Below, in pieces: positions 9,273-20,394 of a stretch of DNA of 64,000 bases (positions are counted from its first letter, which is position 1; every line of letters starts with the position of its first letter). Made by a program: the position numbers and the translations under genes. Below the pieces are notes generated by a model. The model made no database searches and had not been told where the DNA came from. It saw nothing but the letters and a program-made list of their open reading frames with translations. Origin of the DNA: Candidatus Falkowbacteria bacterium (GTDB lineage Bacteria > Patescibacteriota > Patescibacteriia > Patescibacteriales > GWE2-39-37); NCBI GenBank assembly GCA_013336275.1, contig JAAXUA010000001.1, forward strand, positions 270,167 through 334,166. The letters are read 5' to 3'.

Positions 9273-10486
9273 ATTTGTTTCAAATATTCGTTGAATTTGT
9301 CCAAGAAAACTTGCGTCGATTTGCGGCGGACATGGTGGACGGTCGCGACCAGACGATCGGTGTCCACCCACTGCCAGAAATCATGGTCCCAATAGTTCAG
9401 CTTGATTTCGGCATCGTCGCCCAAAAACTCGATGACGGCCAAAGACTGCTTCTGCCCTTTGTAGCCCGAGTCGCGGGTGACTTGGTGCTTGCCGAGCGCA
9501 CCGTTGAAATCGTAGCGCCAGACATCCTTAAAGACGGCTTTGACCTCGAACTTGTCCGTGCCCAACTCCTCGGTCGCCTCTCTCAGGCCGGCATCCTTCG
9601 GGTCTTCCCCGTCGGTACCTCCCTGGGGCAGCTGCCAATGAGGCTCGGCCGAATAGGAACGACGCACGACTAATACCTGATACCGTTCGTTTTGACGCCG
9701 ATAAATCAGACAGGCGACATTAGGTCGGTAAAGCCGAGGGCGGATGAACTGCCAGACCAGAAAGCGCCACATGAAGACGAAAACGGCTCGCCAGATCCGC
9801 TGATAGCGCCGGAAAACGACTTGGCCCTGAGCATTGGACGGTTTCTGAAAAAGCCGCCAAGACCACTCGAGCCCCAAAAGCCGCATCAGCTTCGGCGCCC
9901 GTTTTACTTTGCCCGAAATGAAATCAAGTGCGCCGCCGATGCCGACGGCCAGACGCAAGCCAGGCACCTTCTCTAAATTATGAAATACGAATTTCTCTTG
10001 ATAAGGTGCGCCAAGGGTGACTAGCATGATCGATGGCGCTCCGACTAAAGATGGCGAGAAGTCGCGGCCGAAACGGTCGACGGCCTGCACCGAAACCTTC
10101 AAACGCGGGTAGCGCGCCTTGAGTGCGGTTTCAATGTCGGTGGCGCTAGACAAGCCTTCGCGCCAATTGACGACTAGCACTGACAACTGCCGCTCCTCAG
10201 CCATGGCAAGGAGGTCAGGCACCAGGTCGGCACCAGTGACCCTGGGCGCATTGACGCCCTTGAGCCAGCCAGCAGCCTTCAGTCCCATTCCGTCCATCAG
10301 AGACAGGTCGGCTTTGTTCAATATATGGAACAGCTCTTCATCATGATTGGCGGCCAAAACGATCTCGGGATTGGGCGTGACCAGGAAACGGGGCCTATCG
10401 CCAGCCAAAAAAGCTTCGACGCGCTTGAGCGCCCCGGCTCGATCAATGATGGACAGCTTGATTCCTAAAATATTTACCTGGTTCAT
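9269..10486 (-). CDS. WecB/TagA/CpsF glycosyltransferase fused to an RppH-like Nudix domain
   Basis: N-terminal VTPNPE, DGMG, RVTGADL, LGAPYQE, GGALDF, RAP, LEW. C-terminal YRPNV, WQLPQGG, REATEELG, GQKQ. Confidence 0.88.
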   Translation of the reverse strand: MNQVNILGIKLSIIDRAGALKRVEAFLAGDRPRFLVTPNPEIVLAANHDEELFHILNKADLSLMDGMGLKAAGWLKGVNAPRVTGADLVPDLLAMAEERQLSVLVVNWREGLSSATDIETALKARYPRLKVSVQAVDRFGRDFSPSLVGAPSIMLVTLGAPYQEKFVFHNLEKVPGLRLAVGIGGALDFISGKVKRAPKLMRLLGLEWSWRLFQKPSNAQGQVVFRRYQRIWRAVFVFMWRFLVWQFIRPRLYRPNVACLIYRRQNERYQVLVVRRSYSAEPHWQLPQGGTDGEDPKDAGLREATEELGTDKFEVKAVFKDVWRYDFNGALGKHQVTRDSGYKGQKQSLAVIEFLGDDAEIKLNYWDHDFWQWVDTDRLVATVHHVRRKSTQVFLDKFNEYLKQI

Positions 10487-10628
10487 AATATCATGATTAT
10501 ATCCTAACTTGAGCCAAAAAACAAGACTTAATATTGACTAATCCGGCAAAATATGTTTAAATTTCCAATTATAAACGCCCTTTATCACAACCGCTTCAGC
10601 GGATAAACCCACCCAAGGAGGCCCGAGA

Positions 10629-11615
10629 ATGCCAAAGTATGTAAAAGCCCACGGAATCAGCCTGGACAAAGACAGTATCCTGATGTTCGGCGTACTCAAT
10701 CAGAATGGCAATGCCATGCTGCTGGATGGAGTACTCGAATTCCAACCCGTAACCGAAAAAGGAGTCAGCATCACCGCTTACCGCAAACTGGACGAAAACA
10801 GCCACTTCTTCGATGGCCATTTCCCCGGTAAACCGGTCTGTCCTGGCCACTACCTGCTCCAGATGGCCTATCTGACTGCCCAGCTGTTCCATTTCTGCCT
10901 TACCGGCAAAACGAGCTTCACCCCCTGGCACATCAGAGCAAAAGAGCTTACCAACCGTGCCCCAGCGCTTCCGGGAGATACGATGTACATCACCTGTATC
11001 GAACCGGAGATGGATGATGAGACCTTCGCTTGCTCTGCCGTAATCAAAAACCAGAATGGCACGCTCATAGCCTCGGTCGACAATCTGTGCTTTTTCACTA
11101 AGCCTTTCGACCCCGCTACGGTCACCCTATCCGAAGAAAAACCAGGCATCAATCAGGAAATCTTTCAGCTCAACGGCCTGGAACTGGACTACCAGAACAT
11201 CATCGCGCACTCGCTGCTCCCCCACCGTGGTCATGCCCTGCTGGTCGACGGCGTCACCTCTTTCAGGAAAACCAGCCACGACGCGATCATTACCTCGACC
11301 TACAACCTGATGGACAAAGGCATCTTCTTCTCCGGGTACAAGTTCTGCCAAGGACACTACATGCTTGAGATGGCTTATCTGACCGCCGCCCTCTTCCATT
11401 ACTGCCTTACCGGCGAAACCAAGGGCGCCCCGGCCCCCTTCCGCACCACCGAAATCGCCTTCCTGCGGCCCGCCCTTCCCGGCGAAACCCTGAAAACGAT
11501 CTGTTGCGCCCCCGAGCTTCGCAGCCGCACCTTCAGCTGTTCAGCAACGGTAACCGACAGCGACAACCGGCCCATCGCCAATTTCGGCCGCATCAACGGG
11601 ATATCCCTGAAGTAA
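10629..11615 (+). CDS. Tandem (double) hotdog FabA/FabZ-like dehydratase
   Basis: Two homologous halves: FFDGHFPGKPVCPGHYLLQM and LLPHRGHALLVD...CQGHYMLEM, each with PALPG. SD AAGGAGG at 10615-10621. Confidence 0.75.
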   Translation: MPKYVKAHGISLDKDSILMFGVLNQNGNAMLLDGVLEFQPVTEKGVSITAYRKLDENSHFFDGHFPGKPVCPGHYLLQMAYLTAQLFHFCLTGKTSFTPWHIRAKELTNRAPALPGDTMYITCIEPEMDDETFACSAVIKNQNGTLIASVDNLCFFTKPFDPATVTLSEEKPGINQEIFQLNGLELDYQNIIAHSLLPHRGHALLVDGVTSFRKTSHDAIITSTYNLMDKGIFFSGYKFCQGHYMLEMAYLTAALFHYCLTGETKGAPAPFRTTEIAFLRPALPGETLKTICCAPELRSRTFSCSATVTDSDNRPIANFGRINGISLK

Positions 11616-11633
11616 TCGCTCACTCATTGAATT

Positions 11634-11667
11634 TAAGGCGCCTAGTCCGACTAGGCGCCTTACTTTT
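11634..11667 (+). terminator. Intrinsic terminator
   Basis: TAAGGCGCCTAGT-ccg-ACTAGGCGCCTTA followed by CTTTT. Confidence 0.8.
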
Positions 11668-11680
11668 ATCTTAATCATTC

Positions 11681-11709
11681 TTGACAATAATAAGAGTATC
11701 TCATATAGT
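11681..11709 (+). promoter_or_regulatory. Sigma70 promoter of clpB
   Basis: TTGACA-17 nt-TATAGT. Confidence 0.8.
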
Positions 11710-11713
11710 TAAT

Positions 11714-11740
11714 TTAGCAGTCAGAGTAATGGAGTGCTAA
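11714..11740 (+). promoter_or_regulatory. CIRCE element (HrcA operator)
   Basis: TTAGCAGTC-N9-GAGTGCTAA, one mismatch to the TTAGCACTC-N9-GAGTGCTAA consensus, just downstream of the promoter. Confidence 0.9.
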
Positions 11741-11760
11741 CTACAAATAAAAGCAATAAT

Positions 11761-14397
<2,637 letters not shown>

Positions 14398-14410
14398 AGT
14401 ACGCTCATAT

Positions 14411-14441
14411 AAAAAACAACCGCCAACTGGCGGTTGTTTTT
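14411..14441. terminator. Bidirectional intrinsic terminator
   Basis: AAAAAACAACCGCCA-ac-TGGCGGTTGTTTTT. Confidence 0.8.
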
Positions 14442-14452
14442 ATTATATCCGA

Positions 14453-16237
14453 TCAGATTATTTCCATGATCTTGGCTTTGTACTTCTGATAGATGAACGA
14501 GATCGAAAGGAGGGCGATGCCCAAGCTCATTGTCGAAATTATGCGGTAAAGCGTTCCCAAACTCCACAAGTCATAGAAGAAAAGCTTCAGTATGGCCAAA
14601 AGCAGGAGAATCAAACCGCCGACACGCAGCCCCTTGTTGCCGACAAAAAAACCGGCAGACAAAATAATGATGGCATGCAGTATCCAGAAGAGCGACAGTC
14701 CGATGCTTGAACGGCTTTGATTGCTCTTGAGCTGCTTGTTCAAGACATCTGACTGCTCAAGCCTTGCCTTGTAGTCCTGGACCGGCGTCAGCTTCTGTTC
14801 CTGATAGTATTTATCCCTGGCGACCTGCGACTTGCCATTGTAATAATGGGTGATCTCCCGGTTGCCGGCAAAGAAAGCCAGCAGGTTGGCAGCTAGAACG
14901 AAGGCGACGATGAAGTGCCGCCGATTGAACCAATCGTCGGTCTTCTCCGGAACAGCCGTCGATTTGAAAAAAGCCCAGGCTGAAGTGATAGAAGCGGCGA
15001 TCAGGAATCCGGCAGCCATAAAAGCCTTGTTGATGATCGGGGTTGCGATTATCGGCGTCCGGGTGATGTCCACAAAAAGATAACGGCTAAGGGCCAAGAC
15101 ATAAATGGCCAGGCCGAAGGCTGCGATACTCTTCTTGCCCAGCCGGGCCGCCAAAAAGAACAGCAAGGCGGCCTCAAGTGTCCAGCCGATTGTGATCGTA
15201 GCCTGCTCGAACTGGAGCGGGATAGCAAGACTGCCGGCTGAGGCTGACATGAAGGCAAGGAAAGCATACAGATTATCATCGTCAGGAGTGCTTATCCTGA
15301 CGAGATAAGCGCCCATATAATAATAGGCCGCCAGAGTGATGGCAAATAGGCCCATCAGCTTATGATACTCCGGGTCCAGAAGGCCGTAGCTGAAACTGAA
15401 ATAGAGCAGTCCCAGAATCAGGGTAATGACTTGTTCCGGACCGGCAGACTTCTTCTTTTCCAGTATGTTGTAGATGACTGAAGCCACTGAATAAATCAGG
15501 AAAAAGATGGTAAGGAAAAGAAAAGTGCTCTTGAGCTGGCTGAAATCGTAGTACCGGTCATACCAGCCGCTGAACAGCATGAAGGTGCCGGCTAGGCTGA
15601 CATACTGGATCGAACGCCAGTGCTTGAAAACCGAGGCCACGAGGACGCCGATATCCAAAACGATGAGATAGACGAATAGCACCACCTGGTTATTGTGGCC
15701 GCTCGAGACCAGATAGGGCGTCAGGACTCCGCCAAGCACCGACATGATAGCCAAGCTCCGGGCATCGAGACGGATGCTCAGACCGATGCCAGCGGCCGTA
15801 ATCAACGACATGGCAACGAAGGCCGCACCCTGGGTAATCAGGTGGTAAAAATCGTAGGCTGCATACAAGGAGAGATACATCACCGATAGACCTCCGCCGG
15901 ACAGCAGCTGGCTATAAGCAAAATACTTGACTCGGGTCTTCTCACCGAGGGCCAAAAGGATGCCACCAGCTGCTACGCCCATCAACACCCTGATTGCTGG
16001 GGAAACCCAATTGTTGTCAAAAGCATACTTAAGGAAAAAAGAGATGCCCAGCAGCAGGACTATAACGCCGACGCGCGCGAACCATTTAGCGCCAATATTC
16101 TCTTCTAGCGACTGGGCGGGTTTTTGCTGGTCAGGCTTCGGCGGTGGAGGAGGAGGCGGCGGCGGTGGAGTTGAAGCTGAACCGTAAGCTTCATCATTCC
16201 CTGCCGGTTCGGAGGCCGTGTTGAGTTGATCGCTCAT
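14453..16237 (-). CDS. DUF2339 predicted membrane protein
   Basis: LEENIGAKWFARVG...FFLKYAFDNNW; many TM helices; KLFFYDLWSLGTLYRIIS. Confidence 0.85.
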   Translation of the reverse strand: MSDQLNTASEPAGNDEAYGSASTPPPPPPPPPPKPDQQKPAQSLEENIGAKWFARVGVIVLLLGISFFLKYAFDNNWVSPAIRVLMGVAAGGILLALGEKTRVKYFAYSQLLSGGGLSVMYLSLYAAYDFYHLITQGAAFVAMSLITAAGIGLSIRLDARSLAIMSVLGGVLTPYLVSSGHNNQVVLFVYLIVLDIGVLVASVFKHWRSIQYVSLAGTFMLFSGWYDRYYDFSQLKSTFLFLTIFFLIYSVASVIYNILEKKKSAGPEQVITLILGLLYFSFSYGLLDPEYHKLMGLFAITLAAYYYMGAYLVRISTPDDDNLYAFLAFMSASAGSLAIPLQFEQATITIGWTLEAALLFFLAARLGKKSIAAFGLAIYVLALSRYLFVDITRTPIIATPIINKAFMAAGFLIAASITSAWAFFKSTAVPEKTDDWFNRRHFIVAFVLAANLLAFFAGNREITHYYNGKSQVARDKYYQEQKLTPVQDYKARLEQSDVLNKQLKSNQSRSSIGLSLFWILHAIIILSAGFFVGNKGLRVGGLILLLLAILKLFFYDLWSLGTLYRIISTMSLGIALLSISFIYQKYKAKIMEII

Positions 16238-16242
16238 AATAT

Positions 16243-16938
16243 TTATTTACAGACACCGCTGAGGCAGGCACTGCTGCAGGTGGTATCCGATTGTTTGAGT
16301 TGATTGTCCTCGCAATAGAATTCCCTAACGATACGGTCCGATATGCATACATCGGGAAATTCCTTGCCGTATTGATCTATGGTAATGCCGAATTGGTCAT
16401 AAGCCAGGCCATTGTCGCTGTCACGGCAGAAGGTCTTGGCGTTCTTGGCGACCAAAGTGACGGAAACGCCTGCCGCTCCCTCGAGGCTGGCCCGTTGCTG
16501 GTCGATGACCGTGATACCGTCATTCAGTTCCACGTCGTACACCCCAGGGCTGAGCTTGACGAACGAACACAAAGCATCGGAAACCTGGACTTGCTGGATA
16601 TCGACTCCGTCCTTGGTCAAGCGGCAAAATAATGACCTCTGACTGTTCCGTCCATTGGCGATATTGACTACGACTGTTCCAGTATCGGTCGGCGTATTCG
16701 GCGGCGGCAACTGGCCCGTGACATCAAAAGCCGGATCGCTGCCAGGCAATGTCGGAGGGGTGATATCAAAAGGACCCGCCACTGGCGGCAGGGGTTCCGG
16801 CGGCAGGGTCTTGGCATTATTCACGGCCGGTTTTTTCAGATCGGGCTCGCTGACGATCAGGCCAGTCGTGAATGAGGCGGCCAGGATGACGAACAAGGAA
16901 CACACGGCCATGAAAAGATTTTTTTCCGTCAGTTTCAT
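16243..16938 (-). CDS. Membrane-anchored exported protein with Cys-rich C-terminal module
   Basis: N-terminal TM, Pro-rich linker, beta-sandwich-like middle, CRDSDNG...DVC...EFYC...C...CLSGVC. Confidence 0.65.
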   Translation of the reverse strand: MKLTEKNLFMAVCSLFVILAASFTTGLIVSEPDLKKPAVNNAKTLPPEPLPPVAGPFDITPPTLPGSDPAFDVTGQLPPPNTPTDTGTVVVNIANGRNSQRSLFCRLTKDGVDIQQVQVSDALCSFVKLSPGVYDVELNDGITVIDQQRASLEGAAGVSVTLVAKNAKTFCRDSDNGLAYDQFGITIDQYGKEFPDVCISDRIVREFYCEDNQLKQSDTTCSSACLSGVCK

Positions 16939-16947
16939 ATTGGTTGG

Positions 16948-17472
16948 TTAAAATCTAAGAAAGGAGAAGCCAAGCATCGACAAGACGACGCCGATAATGA
17001 ACATCGAGATAAAAAGATTGAAGATATACCCGCCGATAATGCCGTAACTGACCGAACGTCGGCGATTCCATAAATAGAAAATCGCTACGAAAATCGCCAG
17101 CCCGACAAGAGAACCAACCATGCCCAGGATATCCTTGATGAAGGATAGGTCGGCCTCCATCCCGCTCAGCTTGACCAAGATTGACGGCAGCCAAGACAGG
17201 ACGGCCGAAGACAATATCGGCGCCCAGAAGCCGAGCCAGAAATCCTTGCGTCGCTGTTCCTTTGAAGCATAGACGACCTTGGCGGAAAAATTCCAAAAAT
17301 CGAAAGGGGCGCTCGGCGCGGACTCGTCGGAGCTTTGCACGCCAAAAACCATGGAAGCGGCCTCTTCGATCTCTTTCGGGTTATAGCCGGATTTGACCAG
17401 CATATTTGTCAGTACTGCCCGAGGATACTTGTCCCGATTAGTAGCAAGATAGTTGACGATCTGCTCGTTCAT
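16948..17472 (-). CDS. Hypothetical membrane protein
   Basis: N-terminal 'LVKSGYNPKEIEEA' helical module and three TM segments. Confidence 0.65.
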   Translation of the reverse strand: MNEQIVNYLATNRDKYPRAVLTNMLVKSGYNPKEIEEAASMVFGVQSSDESAPSAPFDFWNFSAKVVYASKEQRRKDFWLGFWAPILSSAVLSWLPSILVKLSGMEADLSFIKDILGMVGSLVGLAIFVAIFYLWNRRRSVSYGIIGGYIFNLFISMFIIGVVLSMLGFSFLRF

Positions 17473-17490
17473 AGGATTATTTTTGAGTGG

Positions 17491-18858
17491 CTAAAAACTG
17501 ACCAAGATGTTGTTATAAGCACTGGTGTCGCCTTGCTTGACGACGATCGAGTTGGATTTGCTGTAATTGATAGTAACTGGCGTGGCCAGGTTGGCATGGG
17601 CTCCTAGGCCGAACGTACCTTCGTCGTAGACCGAGAATTTGAACTTGCCGTCGACCCCAGGCTTGATTACGCGTTCCCAGCCGTTGCGGTCATCAAAAAG
17701 TTTGTTCAATGAGATGTCTGCGTCGATGAAGGGTTTATCCCCTTCATCAAAAAGCTTGTTGCCGTTGTTATCGATAAAGATATAGCCCTCGATAGTGGCC
17801 AAGGGCTGTTTGACGACTACGCCGCAATCAGCCAAGGTCATCGGCTGGCGAGCAAGCTCGCGCGGCGCGTCAGCGATGGCATTGTTCGAGTCGATATAAT
17901 ACCAGATCGAAGGATTGCCGATAGACTGGGCAGCGATGCAATAACCGTCGGCATAAGCGGAGTTGTCGAGCCAGACCAGATTGATCTTGGAATTGTCGGC
18001 CCTAACCTTTAGGTACCGGAAACGGCTGTCGCTATCGGTGGCTAGCTTGGCCAGCTCATCATACGGCAGCACGCCCTGAATCTTGGCCGGATAAACATAG
18101 TTCTTGTTACGGTATTCCTGCAAAGCGCTGGACAAATCTCGCATCAGCGACGATAACTCGGAATCAGCCATTTCGCGCTCGCGCACATCATCATAGGCGT
18201 TGACCGTCGAGCTGGCCGTATCGACCACCCGGTTTATGTCAGTGGCGTCGATGACCGTCTCATCAATCGACAAGCTTTTAATCAAGCCCTGGCCATTACT
18301 GCCAACCGAGACGCCGACGAGCATCGGCGAGGCGCCTCGCCGGTTCACCCGCTCAAGCTCTCTGCCCTTGCCTTCGGGCACAAAATAGCTCTCGATGCCG
18401 TACGCCACCCTGATTGATGTAGGCTTGCTTTCTTGCTTCAAAATGCAGTCGCTGCCAGGAAGGCAGTCGACCTTGCCCTGATAATAATCGACGTATTGGA
18501 CTTTGCCCCTGATGAAATCACCTTGGGAAGGTCGGTCCAGAGTCACGGTCGTAGCATGCGAATATTTTTGTCCCGGCTCGGTTGCGAGTCCGACATAGAC
18601 CGTGGCGCCCTGCGCCAGTCCGGCTGAATCTTCTTTAGAAACGGACACGTCAGAAAGGCTGATCCGATTGATGGCGTAACTCAGAATCACGTAGTCGCCC
18701 TGGAATAGGCTGCGTGGATCGACCGGTGCAGTTCTTAAGAATACCTCCTTGCCCGACACCATGATCAGCTGGTTCGAAATCACCAAAAAGAGCAGAAAAA
18801 ACAGCTGCAACAAAATCGAGGCAAGAAAGAGTTGTTTGGAGGTCGGTTTGAATATCAT
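17491..18858 (-). CDS. GDYXXLXY-domain protein with pilin-like and SdrD-B-like extensions
   Basis: PVDPRSLFQGDYVILSY, YGIESYFVPEGKG; later DLSSALQEYRNKNYVYP and IEGYIFIDNNGNKLFDEGD. Confidence 0.8.
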   Translation of the reverse strand: MIFKPTSKQLFLASILLQLFFLLFLVISNQLIMVSGKEVFLRTAPVDPRSLFQGDYVILSYAINRISLSDVSVSKEDSAGLAQGATVYVGLATEPGQKYSHATTVTLDRPSQGDFIRGKVQYVDYYQGKVDCLPGSDCILKQESKPTSIRVAYGIESYFVPEGKGRELERVNRRGASPMLVGVSVGSNGQGLIKSLSIDETVIDATDINRVVDTASSTVNAYDDVREREMADSELSSLMRDLSSALQEYRNKNYVYPAKIQGVLPYDELAKLATDSDSRFRYLKVRADNSKINLVWLDNSAYADGYCIAAQSIGNPSIWYYIDSNNAIADAPRELARQPMTLADCGVVVKQPLATIEGYIFIDNNGNKLFDEGDKPFIDADISLNKLFDDRNGWERVIKPGVDGKFKFSVYDEGTFGLGAHANLATPVTINYSKSNSIVVKQGDTSAYNNILVSF

Positions 18859-18859
18859 A

Positions 18860-20335
18860 TTATTTTATTTGACCGATCAGGCGGCGGCGTTGGCGTTCGC
18901 CGAAATAGCTCACCGCCATCAGCACTAGGCCGCCGCCGATGAAAAAGAGCGAACGGTCAAATAGCTCGTAGCCCCATTGGAAATATTTTACCAATATCAT
19001 TAGCAGGAACAGCGAGAGGCCGAGGTTGATATACTCACCTCTCTTGGCTTCATGCCCCAGCCAGATCATGCCCAAGCTCTCAACGAATACCAGGACATTA
19101 AAGAAGATGACGTAGATGTCCGAAGGGAAAAATATTATGGCCGACGCCAAGGCCATGAGTGACAGGACGGCGACATTACCTCCCAAGTACTGCTCACGCG
19201 TAGTTTCGGTCTCGCGATACCGCCACATCGAAACCAAGGAAATTGAAACTAGCAAGACCAAAGCGATTCCAGACTGCCAAGTCACAGCCTCGAAAGCGGA
19301 GTATTTTCCGGTGAAGAACTCATCGCCTATTTCCTGGAAAGAAAGCAGAAAACTAGTGAAAAAGACAGAGAAAAACCCTAGTACCGTATAGCCCGACTCC
19401 ATCGACTTCCACCTGTCCCACAGCTGATGCATGCGGCCCAAAGAAAAGAGAGCGACACCGTAAAGCAGGGCGACTGCGGCTAGCAGGCTTGGGATCGCCC
19501 GCTCATAATCATAGCCGAGAAGATTGACCCGTCCCCGTCCACCTGCCCAGAGCGAACAAGCGATGAGGAGCCAGATTCCCAAGCCGACAAGATTAAGCGG
19601 CTGGACTCTGGTCGCCTTGATGCGATATGTCAAAGGCACAAGGATGGCGCCGACTATCAAGAGATACCAATAATTAACAGACTGCATCCTGAAGTTGAAA
19701 TCAAGAACATCAAAAAGATCCATACCGGTGTTGGTCCGCAGGAATTGCCATATAAACACCAAGACAGTTGCTAACGCGAGGCTTGATTTGAGTTCCAGCC
19801 CGTAAACTATCGGCAATATCAAGAAAGCCCACCACAGCAAGGTGCTGCCGCTTTCCGTCATGATATTGAATATCTGCTGGATCAGGACGATGGCCGCCCC
19901 AAGCATTAGCGTACCCAGGAAAATAAGCGCCCTGCCGATACGCGGATAGCCGCGCTTGTACTCCATGAAGTACCCTGCTCCATAGACTGACATCAGGATC
20001 GAGAAAATCAGCACGACCTTGGTCCAGCGTCCGATGTCCTGCCAATTCGAGGCGATCATCAGGATTATACCCAAACCCAAGAGCAATGAACCCAAGACCG
20101 CGACAGTAGTAACAAGCTGGCCCTTGCGGTCGCGCGGTTTTGCCGGAACCGGCACCGTCAGCCGCATAACCGCCCCTGCACTGACCTGTTCGAATGCTTG
20201 GTTGATTTCTTCGCTTGACCAACCTTTTCCCTTGAGGGAAGCCTCGATCTGTTCGCGGCTATCGCCCTGGCTGGACGATATTTTGATATAGCTTGATAGC
20301 TCGGGAAAGTTATTCATAAAGATATTTATCCCCAT
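18860..20335 (-). CDS. DUF2157 membrane protein
   Basis: LGSLLLGLGIILMIASNWQDI, GAAIVLIQQIFNI, SLFFIGGGLVL; adjacent to the GDYXXLXY gene. Confidence 0.85.
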   Translation of the reverse strand: MGINIFMNNFPELSSYIKISSSQGDSREQIEASLKGKGWSSEEINQAFEQVSAGAVMRLTVPVPAKPRDRKGQLVTTVAVLGSLLLGLGIILMIASNWQDIGRWTKVVLIFSILMSVYGAGYFMEYKRGYPRIGRALIFLGTLMLGAAIVLIQQIFNIMTESGSTLLWWAFLILPIVYGLELKSSLALATVLVFIWQFLRTNTGMDLFDVLDFNFRMQSVNYWYLLIVGAILVPLTYRIKATRVQPLNLVGLGIWLLIACSLWAGGRGRVNLLGYDYERAIPSLLAAVALLYGVALFSLGRMHQLWDRWKSMESGYTVLGFFSVFFTSFLLSFQEIGDEFFTGKYSAFEAVTWQSGIALVLLVSISLVSMWRYRETETTREQYLGGNVAVLSLMALASAIIFFPSDIYVIFFNVLVFVESLGMIWLGHEAKRGEYINLGLSLFLLMILVKYFQWGYELFDRSLFFIGGGLVLMAVSYFGERQRRRLIGQIK

Positions 20336-20394
20336 TTTCTATAATTATACCACACCTCCGCGATATTGCCTTTAAAGCCAAATTTTATTATAAT

